In this document: piece after piece, positions 9,301-22,337 of the stretch
Position numbering within the stretch: the first letter of the stretch is position 1
How the letters are laid out: every line of letters begins with the position of its first letter
NCBI GenBank assembly: GCA_964057225.1
Contig: OZ059895.1
Span: forward strand, 23,312,001-23,376,000
Source: Auanema rhodensis
Lineage: Eukaryota > Animalia > Nematoda
Direction: 5' to 3'
DNA: 64,000 nt
Made by a program: the position numbers and the translations under genes
Notes under the pieces: generated by a model
Databases searched by the model: none
Seen by the model: only the letters and a program-made list of their open reading frames with translations
Told to the model about the DNA's origin: nothing

Positions 9301-11935
9301 CGTTTCTCAATGTAGTATAGTGCATTCGATGCGGATTTTTAAGCTGCGTCGATCTGTGTTATCAGATTTGCGCTAGCTTAAAAATGCACCGAGATATCAA
9401 CTGATATATGTTCACACTTATATCCTCGATTTTCACCCTGAAGAATTAATTTTTTCGTTGAATAACAATGTTCATCGTCTTTGTCTTGAAAAAAGGAATC
9501 TAAAAACATCTACTTTTTGCTAAATTATTTTGAAATTTTTCGAAAAAATTTTTGTCAAAATGTTTTTGGAAGCAATGTTGAGTGTACATGGAAACTCAAC
9601 ATACACTAATGCATCATTTTTCAAACGATCATAACTAATTTTTGTATTAAGCGTTTCTCAATGTAGTATAGTGCATTCGATGCGGATTTTTAAGCTGCGT
9701 CGATCTGTGTTATCAGATTTGCGCTAGCTTAAAAATGCACCGAGATATCAACTGATATATGTTCACACTTATATCCTCGATTTTCACCCTGAAGAATTAA
9801 TTTTTTCGTTGAATAACAATGTTCATCGTCTTTGTCTTGAAAAAAGGAATCTAAAAACATCTACTTTTTGCTAAATTATTTTGAAATTTTTCGAAAAAAT
9901 TTTTGTCAAAATGTTTTTGGAAGCAATGTTGAGTGTACATGGAAACTCAACATACACTAATGCATCATTTTTCAAACGATCATAACTAATTTTTGTATTA
10001 AGCGTTTCTCAATGTAGTATAGTGCATTCGATGCGGATTTTTAAGCTGCGTCGATCTGTGTTATCAGATTTGCGCTAGCTTAAAAATGCACCGAGATATC
10101 AACTGATATATGTTCACACTTATATCCTCGATTTTCACCCTGAAGAATTAATTTTTTCGTTGAATAACAATGTTCATCGTCTTTGCCTTGAAAAAAGGAA
10201 TCTAAAAACATCTACTTTTTGCTAAATTATTTTGAAATTTTTCGAAAAAATTTTTGTCAAAATGTTTTTGGAAGCAATGTTGAGTGTACATGGAAACTCA
10301 ACATACACTAATGCATCATTTTTCAAACGATCATAACTAATTTTTGTATTAAGCGTTTCTCAATGTAGTATAGTGCATTCGATGCGGATTTTTAAGCTGC
10401 GTCGATCTGTGTTATCAGATTTGCGCTAGCTTAAAAATGCACCGAGATATCAACTGATATAAGTTCACACTTATATCCTCGATTTTCACCCTGAAGAATT
10501 AATTTTTTCGTTGAATAACAATGTCCATCGTCTTTGCCTTGAAAAAAGAAATCTAAAAACATCTACTTTTTGCTAAATTATTTTGAAATTTTTCGAAAAA
10601 ATTTTTGTCAAAATGTTTTTGGAAGCAATGTTGAGTGTACATGGAAACTCAACATACACTAATGCATCATTTTTCAAACGATCATAACTAATTTTTGTAT
10701 TAAGCGTTTCTCAATGTAGTATAGTGCATTCGATGCAGATTTTTAAGCTGCGTCGATCTGTGTTATCAGATTTGCGCTAGCTTAAAAATGCACCGAGATA
10801 TCAACTGATATATGTTCACACTTATATCCTCGATTTTCACCCTGAAGAATTAATTTTTTCGTTGAATAACAATGTCCATCGTCTTTGCCTTGAAAAAAGG
10901 AATCTAAAAACATCTACTTTTTGCTAAATTATTTTGAAATTTTTCGAAAAAATTTTTGTCAAAATGTTTTTGGAAGCAATGTTGAGTGTACATGGAAACT
11001 CAACATACACTAATGCATCATTTTTCAAACGATCATAACTAATTTTTGTATTAAGCGTTTCTCAATGTAGTATAGTGCATTCGATGCGGATTTTTAAGCT
11101 GCGTCGATCTGTGTTATCAGATTTGCGCTAGCTTAAAAATGCACCGAGATATCAACTGATATATGTTCACACTTATATCCTCGATTTTCACCCTGAAGAA
11201 TTAATTTTTTCGTTGAATAACAATGTTCATCGTCTTTGCCTTGAAAAAAGGAATCTAAAAACATCTACTTTTTGCTAAATTATTTTGAAATTTTTCGAAA
11301 AAATTTTTGTCAAAATGTTTTTGGAAGCAATGTTGAGTGTACATGGAAACTCAACATACACTAATGCATCATTTTTCAAACGATCATAACTAATTTTTGT
11401 ATTAAGCGTTTCTCAATGTAGTATAGTGCATTCGATGCGGATTTTTAAGCTGCGTCGATCTGTGTTATCAGATTTGCGCTAGCTTAAAAATGCACCGAGA
11501 TATCAACTGATATATGTTCACACTTATATCCTCGATTTTCACCCTGAAGAATTAATTTTTTCGTTGAATAACAATGTTCATCGTCTTTGCCTTGAAAAAA
11601 GGAATCTAAAAACATCTACTTTTTGCTAAATTATTTTGAAATTTTTCGAAAAAATTTTTGTCAAAATGTTTTTGGAAGCAATGTTGAGTGTACATGGAAA
11701 CTCAACATACACTAATGCATCATTTTTCAAACGATCATAACTGATTTTTGTATTAAGCGTTTCTCAATGTAGTATAGTGCATTCGATGCGGATTTTTAAG
11801 CTGCGTCGATCTGTGTTATCAGATTTGCGCTAGCTTAGAAATGCACCGAGATATCAACTGATATATGTTCACACTTATATCCTCGATTTTCACCCTGAAG
11901 AATTAATTTTTTCGTTGAATAACAATGTCCATCGT

Positions 11936-14041
11936 CTTTGCCTTGAAAAAAGGAATCTAAAAACATCTACTTTTTGCTAAATTATTTTGAAATTTTTCGA
12001 AAAAATTTTTGTCAAAATGTTTTTGGAAGCAATGTTGAGTGTACATGGAAACTCAACATACACTAATGCATCATTTTTCAAACGATCATAACTAATTTTT
12101 GTATTAAGCGTTTCTCAATGTAGTTTAGTGCATTCGATGCGGATTTTTAAGCTGCGTCGATCTGTGTTATCAGATTTGCGCTAGCTTAAAAATGCACCGA
12201 GATATCAACTGATATATGTTCACACTTATATCCTCGATTTTCACCCTGAAGAATTAATTTTTTCGTTGAATAACAATGTTCATCGTCTTTGCCTTGAAAA
12301 AAGGAATCTAAAAACATCTACTTTTTGCTAAATTATTTTGAAATTTTTCGAAAAAATTTTTGTCAAAATGTTTTTGGAAGCAATGTTGAGTGTACATGGA
12401 AACTCAACATACACTAATGCATCATTTTTCAAACGATTATAACTAATTTTTGTATTAAGCGTTTCTCAATGTAGTATAGTGCATTCGATGCGGATTTTTA
12501 AGCTGCGTCGATCTGTGTTATCAGATTTGCGCTAGCTTAAAAATGCACCGAGATATCAACTGATATATGTTCACACTTATATCCTCGATTTTCACCCTGA
12601 AGAATTAATTTTTTCGTTGAATAACAATGTTCATCGTCTTTGTCTTGAAAAAAGGAATCTAAAAACATCTACTTTTTGCTAAATTATTTTGAAATTTTTC
12701 GAAAAAATTTTTGTCAAAATGTTTTTGGAAGCAATGTTGAGTGTACATGGAAACTCAACATACACTAATGCATCATTTTTCAAACGATCATAACTAATTT
12801 TTGTATTAAGCGTTTCTCAATGTAGTTTAGTGCATTCGATGCGGATTTTTAAGCTGCGTCGATCTGTGTTATCAGATTTGCGCTAGCTTAAAAATGCACC
12901 GAGATATCAACTGATATATGTTCACACTTATATCCTCGATTTTCACCCTGAAGAATTAATTTTTTCGTTGAATAACAATGTTCATCGTCTTTGCCTTGAA
13001 AAAAGGAATCTAAAAACATCTACTTTTTGCTAAATTATTTTGAAATTTTTCGAAAAAATTTTTGTCAAAATGTTTTTGGAAGCAATGTTGAGTGTACATG
13101 GAAACTCAACATACACTAATGCATCATTTTTCAAACGATTATAACTAATTTTTGTATTAAGCGTTTCTCAATGTAGTATAGTGCATTCGATGCGGATTTT
13201 TAAGCTGCGTCGATCTGTGTTATCAGATTTGCGCTAGCTTAAAAATGCACCGAGATATCAACTGATATATGTTCACACTTATATCCTCGATTTTCACCCT
13301 GAAGAATTAATTTTTTCGTTGAATAACAATGTTCATCGTCTTTGTCTTGAAAAAAGGAATCTAAAAACATCTACTTTTTGCTAAATTATTTTGAAATTTT
13401 TCGAAAAAATTTTTGTCAAAATGTTTTTGGAAGCAATGTTGAGTGTACATGGAAACTCAACATACACTAATGCATCATTTTTCAAACGATCATAACTAAT
13501 TTTTGTATTAAGCGTTTCTCAATGTAGTTTAGTGCATTCGATGCGGATTTTTAAGCTGCGTCGATCTGTGTTATCAGATTTGCGCTAGCTTAAAAATGCA
13601 CCGAGATATCAACTGATATATGTTCACACTTATATCCTCGATTTTCACCCTGAAGAATTAATTTTTTCGTTGAATAACAATGTTCATCGTCTTTGCCTTG
13701 AAAAAAGGAATCTAAAAACATCTACTTTTTGCTAAATTATTTTGAAATTTTTCGAAAAAATTTTTGTCAAAATGTTTTTGGAAGCAATGTTGAGTGTACA
13801 TGGAAACTCAACATACACTAATGCATCATTTTTCAAACGATTATAACTAATTTTTGTATTAAGCGTTTCTCAATGTAGTATAGTGCATTCGATGCGGATT
13901 TTTAAGCTGCGTCGATCTGTGTTATCAGATTTGCGCTAGCTTAAAAATGCACCGAGATATCAACTGATGTATGTTCACACTTATATCCTCGATTTTCACC
14001 CTGAAGAATTAATTTTTTCGTTGAATAACAATGTTCATCGT
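11936..14041. repeat. Local dimeric higher-order repeat (702 bp x ~3)
   Basis: p190T monomers (11936, 12638, 13340) alternate with p152T monomers (12287, 12989, 13691), and each p152T monomer is followed by p6T. Confidence 0.8.
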
Positions 14042-17000
14042 CTTTGTCTTGAAAAAAGGAATCTAAAAACATCTACTTTTTGCTAAATTATTTTGAAATT
14101 TTTCGAAAAAATTTTTGTCAAAATGTTTTTGGAAGCAATGTTGAGTGTACATGGAAACTCAACATACACTAATGCATCATTTTTCAAACGATCATAACTA
14201 ATTTTTGTATTAAGCGTTTCTCAATGTAGTATAGTGCATTCGATGCGGATTTTTAAGCTGCGTCGATCTGTGTTATCAGATTTGCGCTAGCTTAAAAATG
14301 CACCGAGATATCAACTGATATATGTTCACACTTATATCCTCGATTTTCACCCTGAAGAATTAATTTTTTCGTTGAATAACAATGTTCATCGTCTTTGCCT
14401 TGAAAAAAGGAATCTAAAAACATCTACTTTTTGCTAAATTATTCTGAAATTTTTCGAAAAAATTTTTGTCAAAATGTTTTTGGAAGCAATGTTGAGTGTA
14501 CATGGAAACTCAACATACACTAATGCATCATTTTTCAAACGATCATAACTAATTTTTGTATTAAGCGTTTCTCAATGTAGTATAGTGCATTCGATGCGGA
14601 TTTTTAAGCTGCGTCGATCTGTGTTATCAGATTTGCGCTAGCTTAAAAATGCACCGAGATATCAACTGATATAAGTTCACACTTATATCCTCGATTTTCA
14701 CCCTGAAGAATTAATTTTTTCGTTGAATAACAATGTCCATCGTCTTTGCCTTGAAAAAAGAAATCTAAAAACATCTACTTTTTGCTAAATTATTTTGAAA
14801 TTTTTCGAAAAAATTTTTGTCAAAATGTTTTTGGAAGCAATGTTGAGTGTACATGGAAACTCAACATACACTAATGCATCATTTTTCAAACGATCATAAC
14901 TAATTTTTGTATTAAGCGTTTCTCAATGTAGTATAGTGCATTCGATGCAGATTTTTAAGCTGCGTCGATCTGTGTTATCAGATTTGCGCTAGCTTAAAAA
15001 TGCACCGAGATATCAACTGATATAAGTTCACACTTATATCCTCGATTTTCACCCTGAAGAATTAATTTTTTCGTTGAATAACAATGTCCATCGTCTTTGC
15101 CTTGAAAAAAGAAATCTAAAAACATCTACTTTTTGCTAAATTATTTTGTTAATTTTTCGAAAAAATTTTTGTCAAAATGTTTTTGGAAGCAATGTTGAGT
15201 GTACATGGAAACTCAACATACACTAATGCATCATTTTTCAAACGATCATAACTAATTTTTGTATTAAGCGTTTCTCAATGTAGTATAGTGCATTCGATGC
15301 GGATTTTTAAGCTGCGTCGATCTGTGTTATCAGATTTGCGCTAGCTTAAAAATGCACCGAGATATCAACTGATATATGTTCACACTTATATCCTCGATTT
15401 TCACCCTGAAGAATTAATTTTTTCGTTGAATAACAATGTCCATCGTCTTTGCCTTGAAAAAAGGAATCTAAAAACATCTACTTTTTGCTAAATTATTTTG
15501 AAATTTTTCGAAAAAATTTTTGTCAAAATGTTTTTAGAAGCAATGTTGAGTGTACATGGAAACTCAACATACACTAATGCATCATTTTTCAAACGATCAT
15601 AACTAATTTTTGTATTAAGCGTTTCTCAATGTAGTATAGTGCATTCGATGCGGATTTTTAAGCTGCAATGATCTGTGTTATCAGATTTGCGCTAGCTTAA
15701 AAATGCACCGAGATATCAACTGATATAAGTTCACACTTATATCCTCGATTTTCACCCTGAAGAATTAATTTTTTCGTTGAATAACAATGTCCATCGTCTT
15801 TGCCTTGAAAAAAGAAATCTAAAAACATCTACTTTTTGCTAAATTATTTTGAAATTTTTCGAAAAAATTTTTGTCAAAATGTTTTTGGAAGCAATGTTGA
15901 GTGTACATGGAAACTCAACATACACTAATGCATCATTTTTCAAACGATCATAACTAATTTTTGTATTAAGCGTTTCTCAATGTAGTATAGTGCATTCGAT
16001 GCAGATTTTTAAGCTGCGTCGATCTGTGTTATCAGATTTGCGCTAGCTTAGAAATGCACCGAGATATCAACTGATATATGTTCACACTTATATCCTCGAT
16101 TTTCACCCTGAAGAATTAATTTTTTCGTTGAATAACAATGTCCATCGTCTTTGCCTTGAAAAAAGGAATCTAAAAACATCTACTTTTTGCTAAATTATTT
16201 TGAAATTTTTCGAAAAAATTTTTGTCAAAATGTTTTTGGAAGCAATGTTGAGTGTACATGGAAACTCAACATACACTAATGCATCATTTTTCAAACGATC
16301 ATAACTAATTTTTGTATTAAGCGTTTCTCAATGTAGTTTAGTGCATTCGATGCGGATTTTTAAGCTGCGTCGATCTGTGTTATCAGATTTGCGCTAGCTT
16401 AAAAATGCACCGAGATATCAACTGATATATGTTCACACTTATATCCTCGACTTTCACCCTGAAGAATTAATTTTTTCGTTGAATAACAATGTTCATCGTC
16501 TTTGCCTTGAAAAAAGGAATCTAAAAACATCTACTTTTTGCTAAATTATTTTGAAATTTTTCGAAAAAATTTTTGTCAAAATGTTTTTGGAAGCAATGTT
16601 GAGTGTACATGGAAACTCAACATACACTAATGCATCATTTTTCAAACGATTATAACTAATTTTTGTATCAAGCGTTTCTCAATGTAGTATAGTGCATTCG
16701 ATGCGGATTTTTAAGCTGCGTCGATCTGTGTTATCAGATTTGCGCTAGCTTAAAAATGCACCGAGATATCAACTGATATAAGTTCACACTTATATCCTCG
16801 ATTTTCACCCTGAAGAATTAATTTTTTCGTTGAATAACAATGTCCATCGTCTTTGCCTTGAAAAAAGAAATCTAAAAACATCTACTTTTTGCTAAATTAT
16901 TTTGAAATTTTTTGAAAAAATTTTTGTCAAAATGTTTTTAGAAGCAATGTTGAGTGTACATGGAAACTCAACATACACTAATGCATCATTTTTCAAACGA

Positions 17001-20000
17001 TCATAACTAATTTTTGTATTAAGCGTTTCTCAATGTAGTATAGTGCATTCGATGCGGATTTTTAAGCTGCGTCGATCTGTGTTATCAGATTTGCGCTAGC
17101 TTAAAAATGCACCGAGATATCAACTGATATAAGTTCACACTTATATCCTCGATTTTCACCCTGAAGAATTAATTTTTTCGTTGAATAACAATGTCCATCG
17201 TCTTTGCCTTGAAAAAAGAAATCTAAAAACATCTACTTTTTGCTAAATTATTTTGAAATTTTTCGAAAAAATTTTTGTCAAAATGTTTTTGGAAGCAATG
17301 TTGAGTGTACATGGAAACTCAACATACACTAATGCATCATTTTTCAAACGATCATAACTAATTTTTGTATTAAGCGTTTCTCAATGTAGTATAGTGCATT
17401 CGATGCAGATTTTTAAGCTGCGTCGATCTGTGTTATCAGATTTGCGCTAGCTTAAAAATGCACCGAGATATCAACTGATATAAGTTCACACTTATATCCT
17501 CGATTTTCACCCTGAAGAATTAATTTTTTCGTTGAATAACAATGTCCATCGTCTTTGCCTTGAAAAAAGAAATCTAAAAACATCTACTTTTTGCTAAATT
17601 ATTTTGTTAATTTTTCGAAAAAATTTTTGTCAAAATGTTTTTGGAAGCAATGTTGAGTGTACATGGAAACTCAACATACACTAATGCATCATTTTTCAAA
17701 CGATCATAACTAATTTTTGTATTAAGCGTTTCTCAATGTAGTATAGTGCATTCGATGCGGATTTTTAAGCTGCGTCGATCTGTGTTATCAGATTTGCGCT
17801 AGCTTAAAAATGCACCGAGATATCAACTGATATATGTTCACACTTATATCCTCGATTTTCACCCTGAAGAATTAATTTTTTCGTTGAATAACAATGTCCA
17901 TCGTCTTTGCCTTGAAAAAAGGAATCTAAAAACATCTACTTTTTGCTAAATTATTTTGAAATTTTTCGAAAAAATTTTTGTCAAAATGTTTTTGGAAGCA
18001 ATGTTGAGTGTACATGGAAACTCAACATACACTAATGCATCATTTTTCAAACGATTATAACTAATTTTTGTATTAAGCGTTTCTCAATGTAGTATAGTGC
18101 ATTCGATGCGGATTTTTAAGCTGCGTCGATCTGTGTTATCAGATTTGCGCTAGCTTAAAAATGCACCGAGATATCAACTGATATATGTTCACACTTATAT
18201 CCTCGATTTTCACCCTGAAGAATTAATTTTTTCGTTGAATAACAATGTCCATCGTCTTTGCCTTGAAAAAAGGAATCTAAAAACATCTACTTTTTGCTAA
18301 ATTATTTTGAAATTTTTCGAAAAAATTTTTGTCAAAATGTTTTTGGAAGCAATGTTGAGTGTACATGGAAACTCAACATACACTAATGCATCATTTTTCA
18401 AACGATTATAACTAATTTTTGTATTAAGCGTTTCTCAATGTAGTATAGTGCATTCGATGCGGATTTTTAAGCTGCGTCGATCTGTGTTATCAGATTTGCG
18501 CTAGCTTAAAAATGCACCGAGATATCAACTGATATATGTTCACACTTATATCCTCGATTTTCACCCTGAAGAATTAATTTTTTCGTTGAATAACAATGTT
18601 CATCGTCTTTGTCTTGAAAAAAGGAATCTAAAAACATCTACTTTTTGCTAAATTATTTTGAAATTTTTCGAAAAAATTTTTGTCAAAATGTTTTTGGAAG
18701 CAATGTTGAGTGTACATGGAAACTCAACATACACTAATGCATCATTTTTCAAACGATCATAACTAATTTTTGTATTAAGCGTTTCTCAATGTAGTTTAGT
18801 GCATTCGATGCGGATTTTTAAGCTGCGTCGATCTGTGTTATCAGATTTGCGCTAGCTTAAAAATGCACCGAGATATCAACTGATATATGTTCACACTTAT
18901 ATCCTCGATTTTCACCCTGAAGAATTAATTTTTTCGTTGAATAACAATGTTCATCGTCTTTGCCTTGAAAAAAGGAATCTAAAAACATCTACTTTTTGCT
19001 AAATTATTTTGAAATTTTTCGAAAAAATTTTTGTCAAAATGTTTTTGGAAGCAATGTTGAGTGTACATGGAAACTCAACATACACTAATGCATCATTTTT
19101 CAAACGATTATAACTAATTTTTGTATTAAGCGTTTCTCAATGTAGTATAGTGCATTCGATGCGGATTTTTAAGCTGCGTCGATCTGTGTTATCAGATTTG
19201 CGCTAGCTTAAAAATGCACCGAGATATCAACTGATGTATGTTCACACTTATATCCTCGATTTTCACCCTGAAGAATTAATTTTTTCGTTGAATAACAATG
19301 TTCATCGTCTTTGTCTTGAAAAAAGGAATCTAAAAACATCTACTTTTTGCTAAATTATTTTGAAATTTTTCGAAAAAATTTTTGTCAAAATGTTTTTGGA
19401 AGCAATGTTGAGTGTACATGGAAACTCAACATACACTAATGCATCATTTTTCAAACGATCATAACTAATTTTTGTATTAAGCGTTTCTCAATGTAGTATA
19501 GTGCATTCGATGCGGATTTTTAAGCTGCGTCGATCTGTGTTATCAGATTTGCGCTAGCTTAAAAATGCACCGAGATATCAACTGATATATGTTCACACTT
19601 ATATCCTCGATTTTCACCCTGAAGAATTAATTTTTTCGTTGAATAACAATGTTCATCGTCTTTGCCTTGAAAAAAGGAATCTAAAAACATCTACTTTTTG
19701 CTAAATTATTCTGAAATTTTTCGAAAAAATTTTTGTCAAAATGTTTTTGGAAGCAATGTTGAGTGTACATGGAAACTCAACATACACTAATGCATCATTT
19801 TTCAAACGATCATAACTAATTTTTGTATTAAGCGTTTCTCAATGTAGTATAGTGCATTCGATGCGGATTTTTAAGCTGCGTCGATCTGTGTTATCAGATT
19901 TGCGCTAGCTTAAAAATGCACCGAGATATCAACTGATATAAGTTCACACTTATATCCTCGATTTTCACCCTGAAGAATTAATTTTTTCGTTGAATAACAA

Positions 20001-22337
20001 TGTCCATCGTCTTTGCCTTGAAAAAAGAAATCTAAAAACATCTACTTTTTGCTAAATTATTTTGAAATTTTTCGAAAAAATTTTTGTCAAAATGTTTTTG
20101 GAAGCAATGTTGAGTGTACATGGAAACTCAACATACACTAATGCATCATTTTTCAAACGATCATAACTAATTTTTGTATTAAGCGTTTCTCAATGTAGTA
20201 TAGTGCATTCGATGCAGATTTTTAAGCTGCGTCGATCTGTGTTATCAGATTTGCGCTAGCTTAAAAATGCACCGAGATATCAACTGATATAAGTTCACAC
20301 TTATATCCTCGATTTTCACCCTGAAGAATTAATTTTTTCGTTGAATAACAATGTCCATCGTCTTTGCCTTGAAAAAAGAAATCTAAAAACATCTACTTTT
20401 TGCTAAATTATTTTGTTAATTTTTCGAAAAAATTTTTGTCAAAATGTTTTTGGAAGCAATGTTGAGTGTACATGGAAACTCAACATACACTAATGCATCA
20501 TTTTTCAAACGATCATAACTAATTTTTGTATTAAGCGTTTCTCAATGTAGTATAGTGCATTCGATGCGGATTTTTAAGCTGCGTCGATCTGTGTTATCAG
20601 ATTTGCGCTAGCTTAAAAATGCACCGAGATATCAACTGATATATGTTCACACTTATATCCTCGATTTTCACCCTGAAGAATTAATTTTTTCGTTGAATAA
20701 CAATGTCCATCGTCTTTGCCTTGAAAAAAGGAATCTAAAAACATCTACTTTTTGCTAAATTATTTTGAAATTTTTCGAAAAAATTTTTGTCAAAATGTTT
20801 TTAGAAGCAATGTTGAGTGTACATGGAAACTCAACATACACTAATGCATCATTTTTCAAACGATCATAACTAATTTTTGTATTAAGCGTTTCTCAATGTA
20901 GTATAGTGCATTCGATGCGGATTTTTAAGCTGCAATGATCTGTGTTATCAGATTTGCGCTAGCTTAAAAATGCACCGAGATATCAACTGATATAAGTTCA
21001 CACTTATATCCTCGATTTTCACCCTGAAGAATTAATTTTTTCGTTGAATAACAATGTCCATCGTCTTTGCCTTGAAAAAAGAAATCTAAAAACATCTACT
21101 TTTTGCTAAATTATTTTGAAATTTTTCGAAAAAATTTTTGTCAAAATGTTTTTGGAAGCAATGTTGAGTGTACATGGAAACTCAACATACACTAATGCAT
21201 CATTTTTCAAACGATCATAACTAATTTTTGTATTAAGCGTTTCTCAATGTAGTATAGTGCATTCGATGCAGATTTTTAAGCTGCGTCGATCTGTGTTATC
21301 AGATTTGCGCTAGCTTAGAAATGCACCGAGATATCAACTGATATATGTTCACACTTATATCCTCGATTTTCACCCTGAAGAATTAATTTTTTCGTTGAAT
21401 AACAATGTCCATCGTCTTTGCCTTGAAAAAAGGAATCTAAAAACATCTACTTTTTGCTAAATTATTTTGAAATTTTTCGAAAAAATTTTTGTCAAAATGT
21501 TTTTGGAAGCAATGTTGAGTGTACATGGAAACTCAACATACACTAATGCATCATTTTTCAAACGATCATAACTAATTTTTGTATTAAGCGTTTCTCAATG
21601 TAGTTTAGTGCATTCGATGCGGATTTTTAAGCTGCGTCGATCTGTGTTATCAGATTTGCGCTAGCTTAAAAATGCACCGAGATATCAACTGATATATGTT
21701 CACACTTATATCCTCGACTTTCACCCTGAAGAATTAATTTTTTCGTTGAATAACAATGTTCATCGTCTTTGCCTTGAAAAAAGGAATCTAAAAACATCTA
21801 CTTTTTGCTAAATTATTTTGAAATTTTTCGAAAAAATTTTTGTCAAAATGTTTTTGGAAGCAATGTTGAGTGTACATGGAAACTCAACATACACTAATGC
21901 ATCATTTTTCAAACGATTATAACTAATTTTTGTATCAAGCGTTTCTCAATGTAGTATAGTGCATTCGATGCGGATTTTTAAGCTGCGTCGATCTGTGTTA
22001 TCAGATTTGCGCTAGCTTAAAAATGCACCGAGATATCAACTGATATAAGTTCACACTTATATCCTCGATTTTCACCCTGAAGAATTAATTTTTTCGTTGA
22101 ATAACAATGTCCATCGTCTTTGCCTTGAAAAAAGAAATCTAAAAACATCTACTTTTTGCTAAATTATTTTGAAATTTTTTGAAAAAATTTTTGTCAAAAT
22201 GTTTTTAGAAGCAATGTTGAGTGTACATGGAAACTCAACATACACTAATGCATCATTTTTCAAACGATCATAACTAATTTTTGTATTAAGCGTTTCTCAA
22301 TGTAGTATAGTGCATTCGATGCGGATTTTTAAGCTGC
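12989..22337. repeat. ~4.1-kb (11.6-monomer) segmental duplication at a 15-monomer offset (M38-49 = M53-64)
   Basis: The same ordered rare markers (p279G, p52C, +1 insertion, p90A/AAT, p254G, p190T+p303C, p152T+p170C, p63T+p90A) recur at an offset of 5267 bp. Confidence 0.88.
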
